Below the pieces are notes generated by a model. The model was not told the DNA's origin. It did no database searches and worked only from the letters and a program-made list of their open reading frames with translations. A program made the translations under genes and the position numbers. Positions 1-11,999 of a stretch of DNA of 64,000 nt are shown here, one piece after another; positions within the stretch are counted from its first letter, which is position 1, and every line of letters begins with the position of its first letter. The stretch comes from an uncultured Verrucomicrobiae bacterium. Lineage in GTDB: Bacteria > Verrucomicrobiota > Verrucomicrobiia > Chthoniobacterales > UBA10450. The stretch covers positions 1,440,001 to 1,504,000 of the forward strand of contig CAWFGO010000001.1 of NCBI GenBank assembly GCA_963815455.1, given 5' to 3'.

Positions 1-238
1 TGTTATCAAACAGACTGCTCGGGGCCGGGCGTTGGCGAAGCTCGATCAACTTTTGCTCAAGGCATCGAAGCATTTGTTCTCGGATCAAATCTGCCTGCGA
101 GTCCGGCCGGTTGCCGCTGGACGACGGGTTTTCCAACAGTCGGCCACGACTACGATGACGTTGCATCCGCAAGCGCTTGGCCGGGTTGCCTAAGGCAGGC
201 GGCAGTCGGATGGCTCATTTCTAGCTCTCAAGAAGCTC

Positions 239-1554
239 ATGCGCCTAAATGAGCTGGAACTCAGCGCGCCCGCGGCGGTGACCTTTGGCCAAGCGACGGC
301 GCCCCCCCCGCGTCTGGAATCATCGACGCGCCAACCTTGGCTGGCCGAAATCGCACGAACATCGGGCCCCCGAGTCCTGCTGGGATCGATTATCGCCATC
401 GGGATCTTGCTCCGGCTGTTTTTGCCCAGTGGGTTCACATCTGTGGGGTTCGATGAAAATCTGTACCGCACCTATATCGGAGCGCTTGATGAAGTCGGCG
501 TCTCGAAATATCCGGCCTTGATTGATGGATTCATCACGAATCAGCTCAACCCGCATCACCAGGCGATTCTGCCTCCCACCCGCATCTTCTACATTGTAGG
601 CGGCTATCTTTACCATCACCTCTTCGGGATGGCTCCGTTGACCGCCTTACACAGCCTCTCGTGTCACTTTAGCATTTTGACGCTGGTGATTTCAGCGGCT
701 TTTTGCTGGCGCCTAACGAAGCGCTGGGATTTCACCGCGGCGGTCACCGCGTTGGTTGCGTTCGCGCCGACTCAAATCCACATCGGGCAACACGCACTGA
801 TCGACGGCGTTTTCGGCTTTTGGGCGCTTCTGGTGATCTGGTTGCTATGGGAAAACCTGAGACAGCCAAATTCTGTCCGCTGGCTGGTCGGTTATGGGGC
901 GGCGCTGGCCGCTCTGGTGATGACAAAAGAAAACGCCTTCTTTGTTTTCCTGGCTGTTCTGGGAATACTTGTCGGCAACCGCTGGCTTAAACTGGGCTGC
1001 GTTACCCGCCAGCTCGTGCTGACATCTTTTGCCGGGGCAACCATTGGTTTTGCCATTGTTGTGATAGCGGCAGGAGGTTTCGAACAATTTGTGCTGGTGT
1101 TCGAACTGCTCCGGCAAAAGGTCCCGATTTTGCCCTACACCATTCACACTGGAGGCGGACCGTGGCATCGCTATTTGGTAGATATCGTCCTAGTCAGCCC
1201 GATCATCACCGTCCTGGCTGTGGCAAACGTGCTTCGGCCCGGCCCTCCGCGGATCGCGGCCGTCGCTATTTGGCGGCGTTCTGCTGCCTGAGCTACGCCG
1301 TGTTAACCGCGTTTCCGGACGGAATGAACCTTCGATACATCGTGATGCTGGACATGCCGATGCGATTTCTCGCGGTGACCCAGTTATTCGCCTTGAGCGC
1401 AAACTGGGCGCACCTGCGAAAGCCACTGCTGACCGCCGCGGTGTTGCTCTTGTGCGCCTACGATTTGCGACAACACAATGTCCTTTTCGTCAAAGGCGGT
1501 TTGTACGAGCTGGTTACCGAAGGTTTGGTGCGCACTCAGGGAATCGTCAAATGA
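239..1554 (+). CDS. GT-C/ArnT-PMT-like (GT39-type) integral membrane glycosyltransferase, one frameshift near 1250
   Basis: Multiple TM helices, early 'GFDE' acidic motif, 'ALIDG' and 'TKE' motifs; ORF 239..1291 continues in frame of 1162..1554. Confidence 0.65.
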
Positions 1555-3055
1555 ACAGGAACATTCTCCTGCCATCCGCTTCAATTGGACAGGCCGCGCT
1601 CGCGCCCGGGCTGCACGTGTTCCCAGCGCCGGGCGAGCTGGAAACCAATCCACTGCTCGAGCGACACATCGAACAAGCCGCGACGTTTTACGACAATCAC
1701 GCTGTGCCCGAAACCTGGTTCGGGCGGCAGTACAGGCAACGCCTCGCGCATTACTACCGGGACTGGATTCCGGCGGATGCAAGCCTGTGCGAAATCGGGT
1801 GCGGCAGCGGAGCCTTGCTCGAACTTCTCCCTAACCGTGACGTTAGCGGAATAGACGTTTCGCGAGTGCAGATCGAACACGCCCGCAGGCGAATTCCCCG
1901 CGGGAGTTTCCACCGGGGCGCCGGCGAGACCTTCATCTTCAAGCGGACATTCGATTTCATTATCATATCCGAAACAATCAATTTGGCGGGCGACGTGCAG
2001 CGGATGTTCGAAAATATTCGGCAGTGCTCGCGCGGCGATACCCGATTGGTGCTGAATTTTTACAATACGCTGTGGAAACCTTTGTTGGGCCTGGCGACGG
2101 CGCTGGGCTTGAAATCCAGGCAGCCGGAATTGAACTGGCTTAGCCGGGCGGATGTTCGGAACCTGCTGGCGCTTGCTGACTGGGAGGTCGTCCGGGAAGA
2201 AGCGCGCGTGCTGATGCCGGTCCCGTTTCTTGGCCTGGACAGGCTGCTCAATCGGTTTCTGGCGCCCATACTGCCCTCATTCTGTCTAACCATTTTCATG
2301 GTGTGCCGTCCGATTTTTCATGGCTCCGGGCATGGGAAAAAAACTGTGTCGATCCTCATCCCCGCGAGAAACGAGGCCGGAAACATTGAAGCCGCCGTGC
2401 AGCGGGTCGGCCGGTTTGCGTCAAAAGGTGAGATCATTTTTGTGGAAGGGCACTCGCAAGATAACACTTGGGCCGAGATCGAGCGGGTGCGTGACAGGTA
2501 TTGTCACCTGGATATCCGGGCCGTGCGGCAGACCGGGCGCGGAAAGGGCAACGCGGTGCCGAAGGATTTGCCATCGCGCGGGGCGATCTCCTGATGATTC
2601 TCGACGCCGATCTGACAATGCCCCCGGAAGAACTGGAGAAGTTTTACGAGGTTGCAGCTTCCGGCAAAGGCGATTTCGCGAATGGCGTGCGGCTCGTCTA
2701 CCCGATGGAGGGCGAGGCGATGCAATTTTGTAATATGGTCGCGAACAAGCTTTTTGGTTATGCCTTTACATGGCTTCTCGGCCAACCGGTAAAAGATACA
2801 CTTTGCGGAACGAAAGTGCTTCCCCGCCGGGGACTACGAAAAGATTGTCCGGCACCGTAGTTTCTTTGGCGACTTCAACCCGTTCGGCGACTTCGACCTG
2901 CTCTTCGGAGCGAGCAAGCAACACTTAAAGATTGTCGATGTGCCGATCCGCTACCGGGACCGGCAGTATGGATCGACCAACATCCAGCGTTGGCGCACGG
3001 CCTCCTCCTATTGCGAATGGTCTGGTTCGCTGCTCGCAAAATCAAATTCATCTGA
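1551..3055 (+). CDS. SAM-methyltransferase + GT2 glycosyltransferase fusion (frameshifted)
   Basis: 'EIGCGSG' motif I; 'SILIPARNEAGNI', 'ILDADLT' and 'DTLCGTK' GT2 motifs spread over three frames; TGA at 3053-3055. Confidence 0.75.
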
Positions 3056-3056
3056 C

Positions 3057-3815
3057 ATGGAAGCTGTCTGTTCGCTCGCCCAGCACAATATTGAAATTCA
3101 CGAGAATCGCCGCTCGTGGGTAGGCAAGCCGGTTCTGCAAAAAATCTATAGAGGATTCCATCGTCAGATCGCGCGCGCGTGCCGCCACGACCTGACTGGT
3201 CCGACGGTCGAGATAGGCTCAGGCCTGGGCCAGATCAAAACGGTGATACCCGATTGCATTACGACCAACGTCTTGCCAAATCCGTGGCTGGACCAGACCG
3301 AAAACGCGTATCGCTTATCGTTTGGCAATGACTCGGTCGCGAATCTCATTCTGTTCGACGTTTGGCATCATCTGCGTTATCCCGGCACCGCACTCATGGA
3401 GTTCCAAAGGGTTCTCTCCGCCGGCGGTAGGCTGATCATTTTTGACCCCTGCATGAGCCTGGTAGGGCTGATCGTCTATGGTCTGTTTCATCACGAACCG
3501 CTCGGTCTGCGCAATCCAATCACGTGGTTCGCGCCGGAGAATTGGGATACTGGGAGCGCCGATTACTATGCCGCCGCCGGAAACGCATGGCGCGTTTTTT
3601 GTCGGTCGCGCCGCCGTCAGCTTTGCGGTTGGCGAACAGTGAGCGTTCGGCGTGCGGCGGCCCTTTCGTACGTCGCTTCAGGTGGGTTTCGCGCCCCGCA
3701 ACTTTATCCCTTGGTCATGTTGCCGACGCTCCAGCGCATCGATGCCATGCTGGATCATGCGCCGGCACTCTTCGCTACCAGATTACTGGTTGTTCTGGAA
3801 AAGGCGGCCCGATAA
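3057..3815 (+). CDS. class I SAM-dependent methyltransferase
   Basis: 'VEIGSGLG', 'FDVWHHL', 'RVLSAGGRLII'; ATG 3057 directly after upstream stop. Confidence 0.75.
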   Translation: MEAVCSLAQHNIEIHENRRSWVGKPVLQKIYRGFHRQIARACRHDLTGPTVEIGSGLGQIKTVIPDCITTNVLPNPWLDQTENAYRLSFGNDSVANLILFDVWHHLRYPGTALMEFQRVLSAGGRLIIFDPCMSLVGLIVYGLFHHEPLGLRNPITWFAPENWDTGSADYYAAAGNAWRVFCRSRRRQLCGWRTVSVRRAAALSYVASGGFRAPQLYPLVMLPTLQRIDAMLDHAPALFATRLLVVLEKAAR

Positions 3816-3873
3816 CGCGGTCGCGATCTTGCTGGGCTCAGCTTGGTCGTAAGAGAGGCGAGGCAAACAAAAC

Positions 3874-5901
3874 CTACTGCGAATACCGCGCGATCTCTTG
3901 CTGCAACTCGACGAATTCCGCTTGACCAGGAATAAGCTCGAGCGCCTTCGCAACTTCAGCTCCAGCGCGCTCGATGTCGCCGCCTTGAAAATGCGCTTCG
4001 GCGAGCAGGAAATAGGTTTTTGCGCTGCGCGGATTTTGTTGGAGAGCTTTGGCAAGAAAAGTCGCGGCGATGGTCCAGCGCTTTTCCTCCAGCGCGAGGA
4101 TACCGAGATTGTTGAAAGCGCCTTCGTGGTTGGGATCGAGCTGAAGCGTGACGCGGTAAAAGGATTTCGCCGCTGTTCTTTCGCTTTGCGCGAGACGCAA
4201 ATTACCTAGCGCAAAATTCGTTTCGGCGTTATCCGGCACGTAAGCGTAAGCAAGGCTGAGCTTGCGGTCCGCGGTGGCGAGGTCGTTTGATTCCAGCGCC
4301 CGCCAACCTGAGTTATAGCTATCGAGAGCCCATAGCGACGGATCGCGTTGCGGCCAACCGACGCAGATTGTCGAGCAAAGCAGCAGCGCGAGGTAAATTG
4401 CGGCAACCCGGAGCCTTTTCGTAGCGCAAGCCTGCCAGAAGATCGACAATCCGCAGGCGGCGAACAGGAGCAGGCCGGGCACGGCCGCAAGGCGGTAACG
4501 CTCGGTGACGAAAACCGGGAGCAGCGCAAACATGTGCAACAGGATCGCGGCCATAATCCATCGCGAGACCGGGAACTTGCGCCAGGCGATAAGCAGACCG
4601 GGAATGGCCAGCGCGGCGACAACTCCAAACGAAAGCCCGGGAAAAATGACGCCGTTTTCTCGCAGGGCGGTAATCATGCTGAGATCGTCGTACTGAAATG
4701 CGGCCCAAAAGTTTTTTGCCTTGGTGAGGAGCAACGTGAGCCAGTCGCCGAAATTATGCCGGATGTAATCTTTCGCTTTGCCCGACCAATAGGCCGAGAT
4801 TTCCGATCGCTTCAGTGAGTGCCCGGCGGCCTTTTCTGCTGCATCGATCGAATCGGTCAGCATGGCCTCCTGCCCGGCATGCAGGCCGGGCGGAAACCTG
4901 GGATAGCCGGTCGCGATCGGATTATTGCCGATCCAAAAATTGACGCCGCCATGGGCGGAGAGAAAGACGGGATCGCGCGCGACGAAATAATTATGCAGCC
5001 AGCAAGGCGAGGTCCCGACGCCGATTCCGGCAAAAAGAAGCGCCGCGGCAACGATGTTGGAAACGAACGGGCGCCCGCTCCCGGCTGGTTTGGGTTTCAA
5101 CAATATCGCGGCGAGCAGCAGCGGCACAAGAAAGAGGATCGTGGCCACGCCCATCGCGGCGAAACCCACAAACAGGCCGTACCCGAAACAGGCGAACCTG
5201 CCGGGTGCAAGGTCGCGTCGGACGGCGAGCCAGACGACCAGCCAGAAAACGAAAACGAGCCAGACGGTCGGCATTAGGATTACGGCGTAGGCTTGGGCGG
5301 GGGTAAAGAGCGCCCAGCCGAGGGCGGCCGAGGCCCCGACGATCGGCCCGGCCCGCGATGCGTTGCCGGGGCCATCGTTTGTTGCAAAAATTCGGACGCC
5401 TAGTTTGTAGATGATCACCGCCGTCCCCGCTTCCAGGCAGGCCTGAAGCAATCCGGGGATAAATGGGCCGTAACCGACAAGCTTGTAAATCAAGGCCAGC
5501 AGGTAGGCGTAGAGCGGCAACCCGTAGAACGCCAGGTGGTCGGTGAATTGACCTTCCAATATCCGCCGCGCCCACGCGTCGTAAAAATGCATATCTCCCC
5601 GTGTCGGCAGCAGGAAGGGAGACTCGGTCAATCGGACCAGGGCGGCGAGCCTAATGAGAAACACAACTGCGAAAATGCCATGAGCGGCCCCAAGGAAAGG
5701 CAAGAAGGCTGGCTTCAGGGATTTCACGTGGGAACTAAAGCACGAAGCGTGCGCCAGACGGGCGTAGATGAGAGGGCCGGCCACCCCGATTTGGCGGCGA
5801 TCCCGGGGGTTGCGCCGTTGTAGAAACCATAAAAACAGCTCCTGCTTGGCACTAACACTGCTCTTTAAACGCCTGTTCGCGAAAAGTATCGCGGACCGCA
5901 A
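3874..5901 (-). CDS. membrane GT-C-like glycosyltransferase with C-terminal TPR repeats (true start may be ~5730)
   Basis: 'GDMHFYD', many TM segments, 'GVNFWIGNN', 'ERYR', TPRs 'FALGNL..', 'AFNNLG..'. Confidence 0.65.
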   Translation of the reverse strand: MRSAILFANRRLKSSVSAKQELFLWFLQRRNPRDRRQIGVAGPLIYARLAHASCFSSHVKSLKPAFLPFLGAAHGIFAVVFLIRLAALVRLTESPFLLPTRGDMHFYDAWARRILEGQFTDHLAFYGLPLYAYLLALIYKLVGYGPFIPGLLQACLEAGTAVIIYKLGVRIFATNDGPGNASRAGPIVGASAALGWALFTPAQAYAVILMPTVWLVFVFWLVVWLAVRRDLAPGRFACFGYGLFVGFAAMGVATILFLVPLLLAAILLKPKPAGSGRPFVSNIVAAALLFAGIGVGTSPCWLHNYFVARDPVFLSAHGGVNFWIGNNPIATGYPRFPPGLHAGQEAMLTDSIDAAEKAAGHSLKRSEISAYWSGKAKDYIRHNFGDWLTLLLTKAKNFWAAFQYDDLSMITALRENGVIFPGLSFGVVAALAIPGLLIAWRKFPVSRWIMAAILLHMFALLPVFVTERYRLAAVPGLLLFAACGLSIFWQACATKRLRVAAIYLALLLCSTICVGWPQRDPSLWALDSYNSGWRALESNDLATADRKLSLAYAYVPDNAETNFALGNLRLAQSERTAAKSFYRVTLQLDPNHEGAFNNLGILALEEKRWTIAATFLAKALQQNPRSAKTYFLLAEAHFQGGDIERAGAEVAKALELIPGQAEFVELQQEIARYSQ

Positions 5902-5934
5902 TCAAACACAAACCAAGGAAGAAGATACAACATC

Positions 5935-6337
5935 ATGTTAAGAAATATCAATAAACGTCGCGGGGGCTTCACCCTCGTGGAAATTATGATCGTGGTCGCG
6001 ATCATCGCGTTGCTGGCAGCCATCGCCGTGCCCGGATTCCTCCGTGCCCGGAAGCGCTCGCAAGCTACGCGCATCCTCAACGATCTGCGCATGATCGACG
6101 CGGCCGTCGACCAATACGCCATCGAAACGAACCGGACCTCCGGAGCGGCGGTGCCCTTCTCCGACTGGAAGGTCTACCTGAAAAAGGGCTCAGTCGCTCT
6201 ACAACACGGGCAATAGCATTCTGGGATCGGCCTACGGTACGCAAACCGTGGACCAAATCCCGCAGGTGCCATCGGCGGACTTGGCCACATTGTCCGACGT
6301 TGCCGACACCGGTTTCTGGTCGCCCTACGGGCCGTAA
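5935..6337 (+). CDS. type IV pilin/pseudopilin-like protein (frameshift ~6195)
   Basis: 'GFTLVEIMIVVAIIALLAAIAVP' prepilin motif; the shifted frame ends '..TLSDVADTGFWSPYGP*' and is paralogous to the next gene. Confidence 0.85.
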
Positions 6338-6470
6338 CGGATTCTGACGATTCATTCTCCTGTCACCGAAATGGTTCGGTGGCAGGGAATGAGTTGTGAG
6401 GACCAGCCCGGCGCCGCCGCCAGCGCTCATCCCAACTCGCATTAATAATAACAATTAAACAAGGGGAACT

Positions 6471-6875
6471 ATGTTAAGAAAATTATCAGCAAGACGAGCC
6501 GGCTTCACGCTGGTGGAAATCATGATCGTGGTCGCGATCATCGCGTTGCTGGCAGCCATCGCCGTGCCCGGATTTCTCCGGGCCCGCAAGCGTTCGCAAG
6601 CCACCAAGATCCTGAACGATCTGCGTATGATCGATGCCGCGGTCGATCAATATGCAATCGAAACCGGCCGCACCAGCGGCGCCACCGTGGAGGTCGCCGA
6701 TTGGACCAACTACGTTAAGAAGGACTCGATTCTTTACCTAACTGGCCAGAATCTATTCGGCGAAGATTATGGAGCGCAGACGGTCGATTCGTTGCCAGGT
6801 GTGACCCAGAATGCCTGGGACACGTTGTCCGACGTCGCCGGAAGCGAGTTCTTCTCGCCTTACGGACACCCCTAA
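6471..6875 (+). CDS. type IV pilin/pseudopilin-like protein
   Basis: 'GFTLVEIMIVVAII' N-methylation motif, RBS AGGGG. Confidence 0.9.
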   Translation: MLRKLSARRAGFTLVEIMIVVAIIALLAAIAVPGFLRARKRSQATKILNDLRMIDAAVDQYAIETGRTSGATVEVADWTNYVKKDSILYLTGQNLFGEDYGAQTVDSLPGVTQNAWDTLSDVAGSEFFSPYGHP

Positions 6876-6952
6876 CCTTCGGTTTCCGTTAGCTCATTTA
6901 TGGGAGCGTCCTTTCGACGACGAAAGGACGCTCTCGATTTTAACGACAGGCT

Positions 6953-9067
6953 GTGCCAACTCCCACTCCTTCTCGCAACCCGGTGAGGATAATTTTGAAT
7001 TATTGTCGTCGCGAATGGCTACGCGTCTGTTTTCTTGCCATCGTTGCCTTCATCGTGCGCGTGCCCGCGCTGCAAGGCGAGCCTATCTGGGACGATCTCT
7101 ATCTGGCCCGCGATAATCCATTCATCAAGAGCCCGCTCCTGATCCTGGAGGCATTTCGACATTATCTCTTTTTGGATTCCCTTTCGGTCTATTACCGGCC
7201 GGTCCAAAATATTTCATACGTTTTCGATTACTTTTTTTGGAACACGGATACCTGGGGCTTCCATTTGACGAATGTGCTGCTCCATGTCGCCAGCGGAATC
7301 CTGCTTTATTTTCTGCTCCGGCAATTGTTCGCCTCTCTGCTTCTGCGCCGCGCTTCAATCGCGGTCCGGGCGCGGGCGTTAAAGCGCTTCCCCTGGATTT
7401 CGCTGGCGGCGCTTTTGGTGGCGCTTATCTGGGTTGTCCATCCCGTGCATAGTGCAGCGATCGATTACATCTCTGGCCGCGCCGACAGTCTGGCATTTCT
7501 TCTGGCCAGCTCCGGCTGGCTGCTTTTCCTCCGGGGAAGAAGGACCGTCTGGCCCATCGCACGCGGCTCGCTCTACTTTCTGGCGGCTTTTTGTGGCCTG
7601 CTCGCGTTGTGCTCGCGTGAGATCGCCTTTGTTTGGATGTGCCTCTTCGTGGCCCACCTGGTTTTTATTGAGAGAAGCGCGCCCTGGCGCTTCCGTATTG
7701 GGGCCATTGTTGCCTGCGTCACGGTTATTGCCATCTATGCCGGCTTGCGCCAATTGCCCGGGCCGCGCGTTACGCAATCCAGTGAAAACTGGGCCGCTCC
7801 CGTTCGCGCCGCGCTGATGGCGCGCGCACTCGGTGATTACGGCCGGTTGATGATCTTCCCGTCGAACCTGCATATGGAACGCACGGTCTTTGACCCCGCT
7901 GCCGTGCGTAGCGATGCCGGCTGGCGAAACGAAATCGGCGTCGAGTATCTGTCGATCCTGGGTTTGATGATCGCGGCCGCTTTTGTTTTTGGATGCGCCT
8001 GGCCAGGACCCGGCCGAACCGCGCGAATCTTCGGCGCGAGCTGGTTTATCGCTGCCTACCTGCCGATCTCGAATATCACCCAACTTAATGCCACTGCGGC
8101 TGAGCACTGGCTTTACCTGCCCAGTGTCGGATTCCTCATTTTCGTGGCGGGCTGCATCGTCGAACTTCCGCGACGGCATTGGAAATTTGCCGTTACTGGC
8201 GCTCTTTGCGCAGTCACGGGGCTGAGTTTTCGCAGCTACGCGCGCAGCACAGATTGGGTCACACCTGAGACGTTCTATCGGCGCACGCTTGCGGCCGGAG
8301 GCACCAGCGCCCGGGTTGGTCTTAACCTTGGCCAAATTCACGCCGGCCGGGGCGAGTACAAGCAAGCGGAAAAGATATTTCGCAAGGTGCTCGAGATTGC
8401 GCCGGATTATCCGATTGCCCTGAACAACCTCGCCAGTGTTCTGGCCCGGCAAGGAAGGGACAAGGAAGCGGAAGCTCTGTTTGCGCGGCTCGAAAAAACT
8501 TCGACGGAAATGCGCGGGGAATATCCGCGCACCTGGGTGGGCGCGCTGAACCTCGCCCGGATGCGACACAACGCGCACAACGATGAGTCTGCCCTGGCCA
8601 TTCTCGAGCAAGCGCGAAAAGATTATCCCGAAGTTTGGGAACTGATCAGTTTTAAGTCGGAAATCCTGCGCCAGACCCTGGGACCAGATGCTGCGTTGCA
8701 TTTGGTTGAAGACTTTTCCCGTGCGAATTGGTGGCACCACCGTGCCGCCCTTGCTCTTGGACGTTTGTATGCGCAAGCGGACCATGTCGATCTTGCCGAC
8801 GCGGCGCTGCAGCGTGCCAGTTGGCTCGACGTGCACGATACCGAGGCCCTGCGGCTCATTGTTCAGATGCGATTGGGCCAAAACGAATTCAAGGAAGCGC
8901 TCCGAACCCAGCGGCGTTCGATCGCACGTCAACCAGACCAGCCGCGTCAATATGTTTTGCTCTCCGACATCCTGGACAAAATGGGACGCAACGCGGAAGC
9001 GCGCGCCGCGTTGGCAAAAGCTTCACAACTGCGCTCACTTGTGCAGAATCAGCTAACCGCCAATTGA
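6953..9067 (+). CDS. TMTC-like GT-C membrane protein with TPR repeats
   Basis: 'WDD', 'YYRP', 'HPVHSAAIDYISGRAD', 'AEHWLYLPSVG' and C-terminal TPRs. Confidence 0.75.
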   Translation: MPTPTPSRNPVRIILNYCRREWLRVCFLAIVAFIVRVPALQGEPIWDDLYLARDNPFIKSPLLILEAFRHYLFLDSLSVYYRPVQNISYVFDYFFWNTDTWGFHLTNVLLHVASGILLYFLLRQLFASLLLRRASIAVRARALKRFPWISLAALLVALIWVVHPVHSAAIDYISGRADSLAFLLASSGWLLFLRGRRTVWPIARGSLYFLAAFCGLLALCSREIAFVWMCLFVAHLVFIERSAPWRFRIGAIVACVTVIAIYAGLRQLPGPRVTQSSENWAAPVRAALMARALGDYGRLMIFPSNLHMERTVFDPAAVRSDAGWRNEIGVEYLSILGLMIAAAFVFGCAWPGPGRTARIFGASWFIAAYLPISNITQLNATAAEHWLYLPSVGFLIFVAGCIVELPRRHWKFAVTGALCAVTGLSFRSYARSTDWVTPETFYRRTLAAGGTSARVGLNLGQIHAGRGEYKQAEKIFRKVLEIAPDYPIALNNLASVLARQGRDKEAEALFARLEKTSTEMRGEYPRTWVGALNLARMRHNAHNDESALAILEQARKDYPEVWELISFKSEILRQTLGPDAALHLVEDFSRANWWHHRAALALGRLYAQADHVDLADAALQRASWLDVHDTEALRLIVQMRLGQNEFKEALRTQRRSIARQPDQPRQYVLLSDILDKMGRNAEARAALAKASQLRSLVQNQLTAN

Positions 9068-9197
9068 AGGCGTCGGAAACAAGCTTCGGCGGGCCAATGA
9101 GCTCGAAGGGTAAAAGGCATCCGAAAACAACAACCCACTGATCGCGCCGCCGCGCTGGCCAGCGCGCCAATTTCCGCTCGGACGCAAATCGCCGAAA

Positions 9198-9485
9198 TTA
9201 ATCTTTCGGCGGTGGCCCGTTTCGGAAGATGATCATATCCGTTGCGGTGGTCGGGATCGGCCCTCTGATTCGATCGCAGGGCTGCACAATTGCAGAGTCT
9301 GAGATCAACGTATAACAGACTTTCTTGACCGTTCTTGCTTTCTTAATCGGCCGCTGCTTTTCCGAGACGATTACGTTTTTTCCCGGATCGGCGAACGCCG
9401 ACGCGCAAAATGCGAGCGCAAGCACCATGCCCACGCATCGCACCGACCAACCGAACCGGCGACCATGCCTAGTGTCAGTTGTCAT
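9198..9485 (-). CDS. small secreted hypothetical protein
   Basis: ATG 9485, signal-like 'VLALAFCASAFA'. Confidence 0.45.
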   Translation of the reverse strand: MTTDTRHGRRFGWSVRCVGMVLALAFCASAFADPGKNVIVSEKQRPIKKARTVKKVCYTLISDSAIVQPCDRIRGPIPTTATDMIIFRNGPPPKD

Positions 9486-9544
9486 GGCGCTATTATCGGA
9501 CTCGTTGCTGAAAGATACAATCAAAATGGCAGGGATTCCGGGCG

Positions 9545-11999
9545 TCAGTTCTCCCAGAGAAAATGTTCCAACCGCAGGCGGTTGAGGCGGGTCTTGGCTT
9601 CTTCGCTTCGGCTTCCTCCAGCCGACGCCAGTTTTTGGTAAACCGCGACCGCCGACTCCCATTTTGCTTCATCCTCCAATAACCGGGCGGCGTTGAATCC
9701 CGCCTTGTAAAACCAGAAAAGTTCGCGCCGCCGGTCGGGGCGCGCCTCGTTTTCCAGGACTTGATAAAAGGTGGCCAGAGCGCCGGCCCGATCGCCGTCC
9801 TTTTCCAAACAGACCCCCTTCTTGAACAGCGCCTGGTTGCGCCAATGGATTGGCGCCTCATTCTCAGAGGCGAGCTGGTCGTAGGCCTCAATCGCGCGCC
9901 GATAATTTTCGCTTCCGCCCTTCTCGAAAAAAATGTCGCCTTTGCCGCAAAGTGCCTCGCGTTTCTCCGTCGGGCGGGCATCGCCTTTCAGCACTTCGTC
10001 GTAGAGCGAGAGCGCGTCCTGCGGTTTACCCAGTTTGCGTTCGATCACGGCTTGTTCGTTGCGCGCGGCCCACTTCAGTTCGCCATTCAGCTGCACCACC
10101 CGATCGAAAAGCACAATGGCCCGGTCAAGCGAGTTCGCGCCCATACTCGACATGGCCGATTCCGCCGCGAAAAAGAGCGCTTTCTCGGTCAGCCCGCCGG
10201 CCGGATTTCGTTCTGCCAGAATTTCGAATTGGGTTTGCGCGTTCGGGAAATCCTGGCGTCGATAGTAGGTCTCGGCGAGCTTCATGCGAACGTCGGGCCC
10301 GAACGGCGAATCGGGATGGCGCTGGAGAAAACGGCCGGCCAGCTCGATAACTTTTGCGTCGTTCCCCTCGGCCAGATCTTCAATCCAAATCATGAGATAA
10401 TCGGCGCGCTCGGCCGCAGCGGCGGTCGGTTGGGCCTCCGCGGCGCGGGCCAGGTTTTTTCGCGCGTCATCGAGACGCGGGGGCACGGCGTGAAACGCCA
10501 ATTCGGCCAGGGCCACCCACGCTTCCGACACGCGCGGATTTTTGGGAAAATCGCGGACAAATTCTCGCAAGGTTTGCGTGGCTTTCTTGTCACCGTTGGC
10601 CGCCCGGGCCAGACCATCTTCCAGTCGCAATTCGACGCGTGCGATCCTCGTCGCCGCCTTGCTTTTCGAATTCGTTGTAATCGGCCAGAAAACGAGCGTG
10701 ATCGTTCATTTGCAGCGAACCGGCCGAAGCATTAAAAAACGCCAGCTTCGCAAATGGTGAAGACGAATGGGCGACTTGCTCGTAGGCGGTAGTCGCCACA
10801 TCGAAGCGTCCGGCGAGATAATTTGCTCTGGCGGCTAACAAGATCGATTCGAGCGACCATTGCCGCTTCCGGCCGCAGCTGGCGCGCATCGTTTAGAACC
10901 GCGATCGCCTGGTCGAAATGTCGATCTTCGATTGCCAGCCGGGCAAAATCCAGAAATGCTCCGGCCAGCGCGGGAGATTTTGCGCCCTCGCGGCGCAGGC
11001 CCGCAAAGAATTTGCAGCGCGCGGTCGCGGTGTCCGGCCCGAAGATCGAGCCGGGCCAGATACCACCGGGCCAGGCTGCGTCTCGGCTGGCCGGGATCGC
11101 GCGATCCACCGCTCCAGCTCAGACCGCGACGGTTTGCGTTGCGCGCGATAAAGTTCGTCCAATTTCGCGAAAATGCGGGCAAGATCGACATCGTTCGGAT
11201 GATGTTCGATAAAATCTTCCAGCACATCGTCACCGGTCTCGGCCGTTTTTAATTGCAGATGCGCATCGGCGATGGAGAAGAGCGCCGCTGTCAGGATCGA
11301 ATGACTGGCACCCTGAGGTTTCTTGAGAAGCGACTCAAACACAGGAATGGCGCGTTCGGGATGGTGGTCGACCATTTCCAGGCGACCACGCAGGAAATGC
11401 CGGGTTTTTCTTTCCGACGCCGCTTTCGGCTGCAGCTTATCGAGCAATCGCTTCGCATTCGTGGCATCGGACTTATCCAGATAAATTTCGGCGGCACGCA
11501 ATTGCGCCCGCACGCTCCACTGTGGATCGCGAAAGAGCGTCAGGAACTTGTGCAGGGCCTCGTCGTCTCGACCCAGGGCGCGCAGCATTTCACCGGCCCC
11601 GAAGACGGCGCCGGCGCGCATGGCCAAATCCTGGCCGGCGGCGACCTTCTCGTAGAGCGGGAGCGCGTCCTTCCATCGATCCAAGCCGGCCAGAGCTTGG
11701 GCGCGACAAAATTGGGCCGAAGAAACATTTCGTAAACGCGGATCCTCGAGCAGTTTGAGAGCGTCGAGCGGCTGCCGGGCAGCGATTTGAGCTTCGGCGA
11801 GCTTTTCCGCGGTTGCACGCCATTCCGGTTCAGGAAGTTTGTGGTTGAGCAACGTTTGCAGACGGGCGACGGCAACTTCCGGCACGCCCTCCGCCAGCGG
11901 CGCACTCGCTTTTGCGAGCTCGGCAGAAAACTCCGCTCGCGCAAATGGCGCGAACACCGCGAGAAGCCCGACAAGAAATGTGGCTCCGATCCGGTTCAT
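9545..11999 (-). CDS. large exported TPR-repeat protein (several frameshifts)
   Basis: Signal peptide '[22 protein letters not shown]'; helical TPR pieces in successive frames ending '..LEHFLWEN*'; ATG overlaps uvrA stop. Confidence 0.7.

Noticed and set aside
7379..8950. Long antisense ORFs (e.g. 7379..8950, 9761..10735, 25587..26642, 29801..30919) and the alternative-frame ORF 55296..56276
   Set aside because: Shadow ORFs of real genes in high-GC DNA with no recognisable motifs
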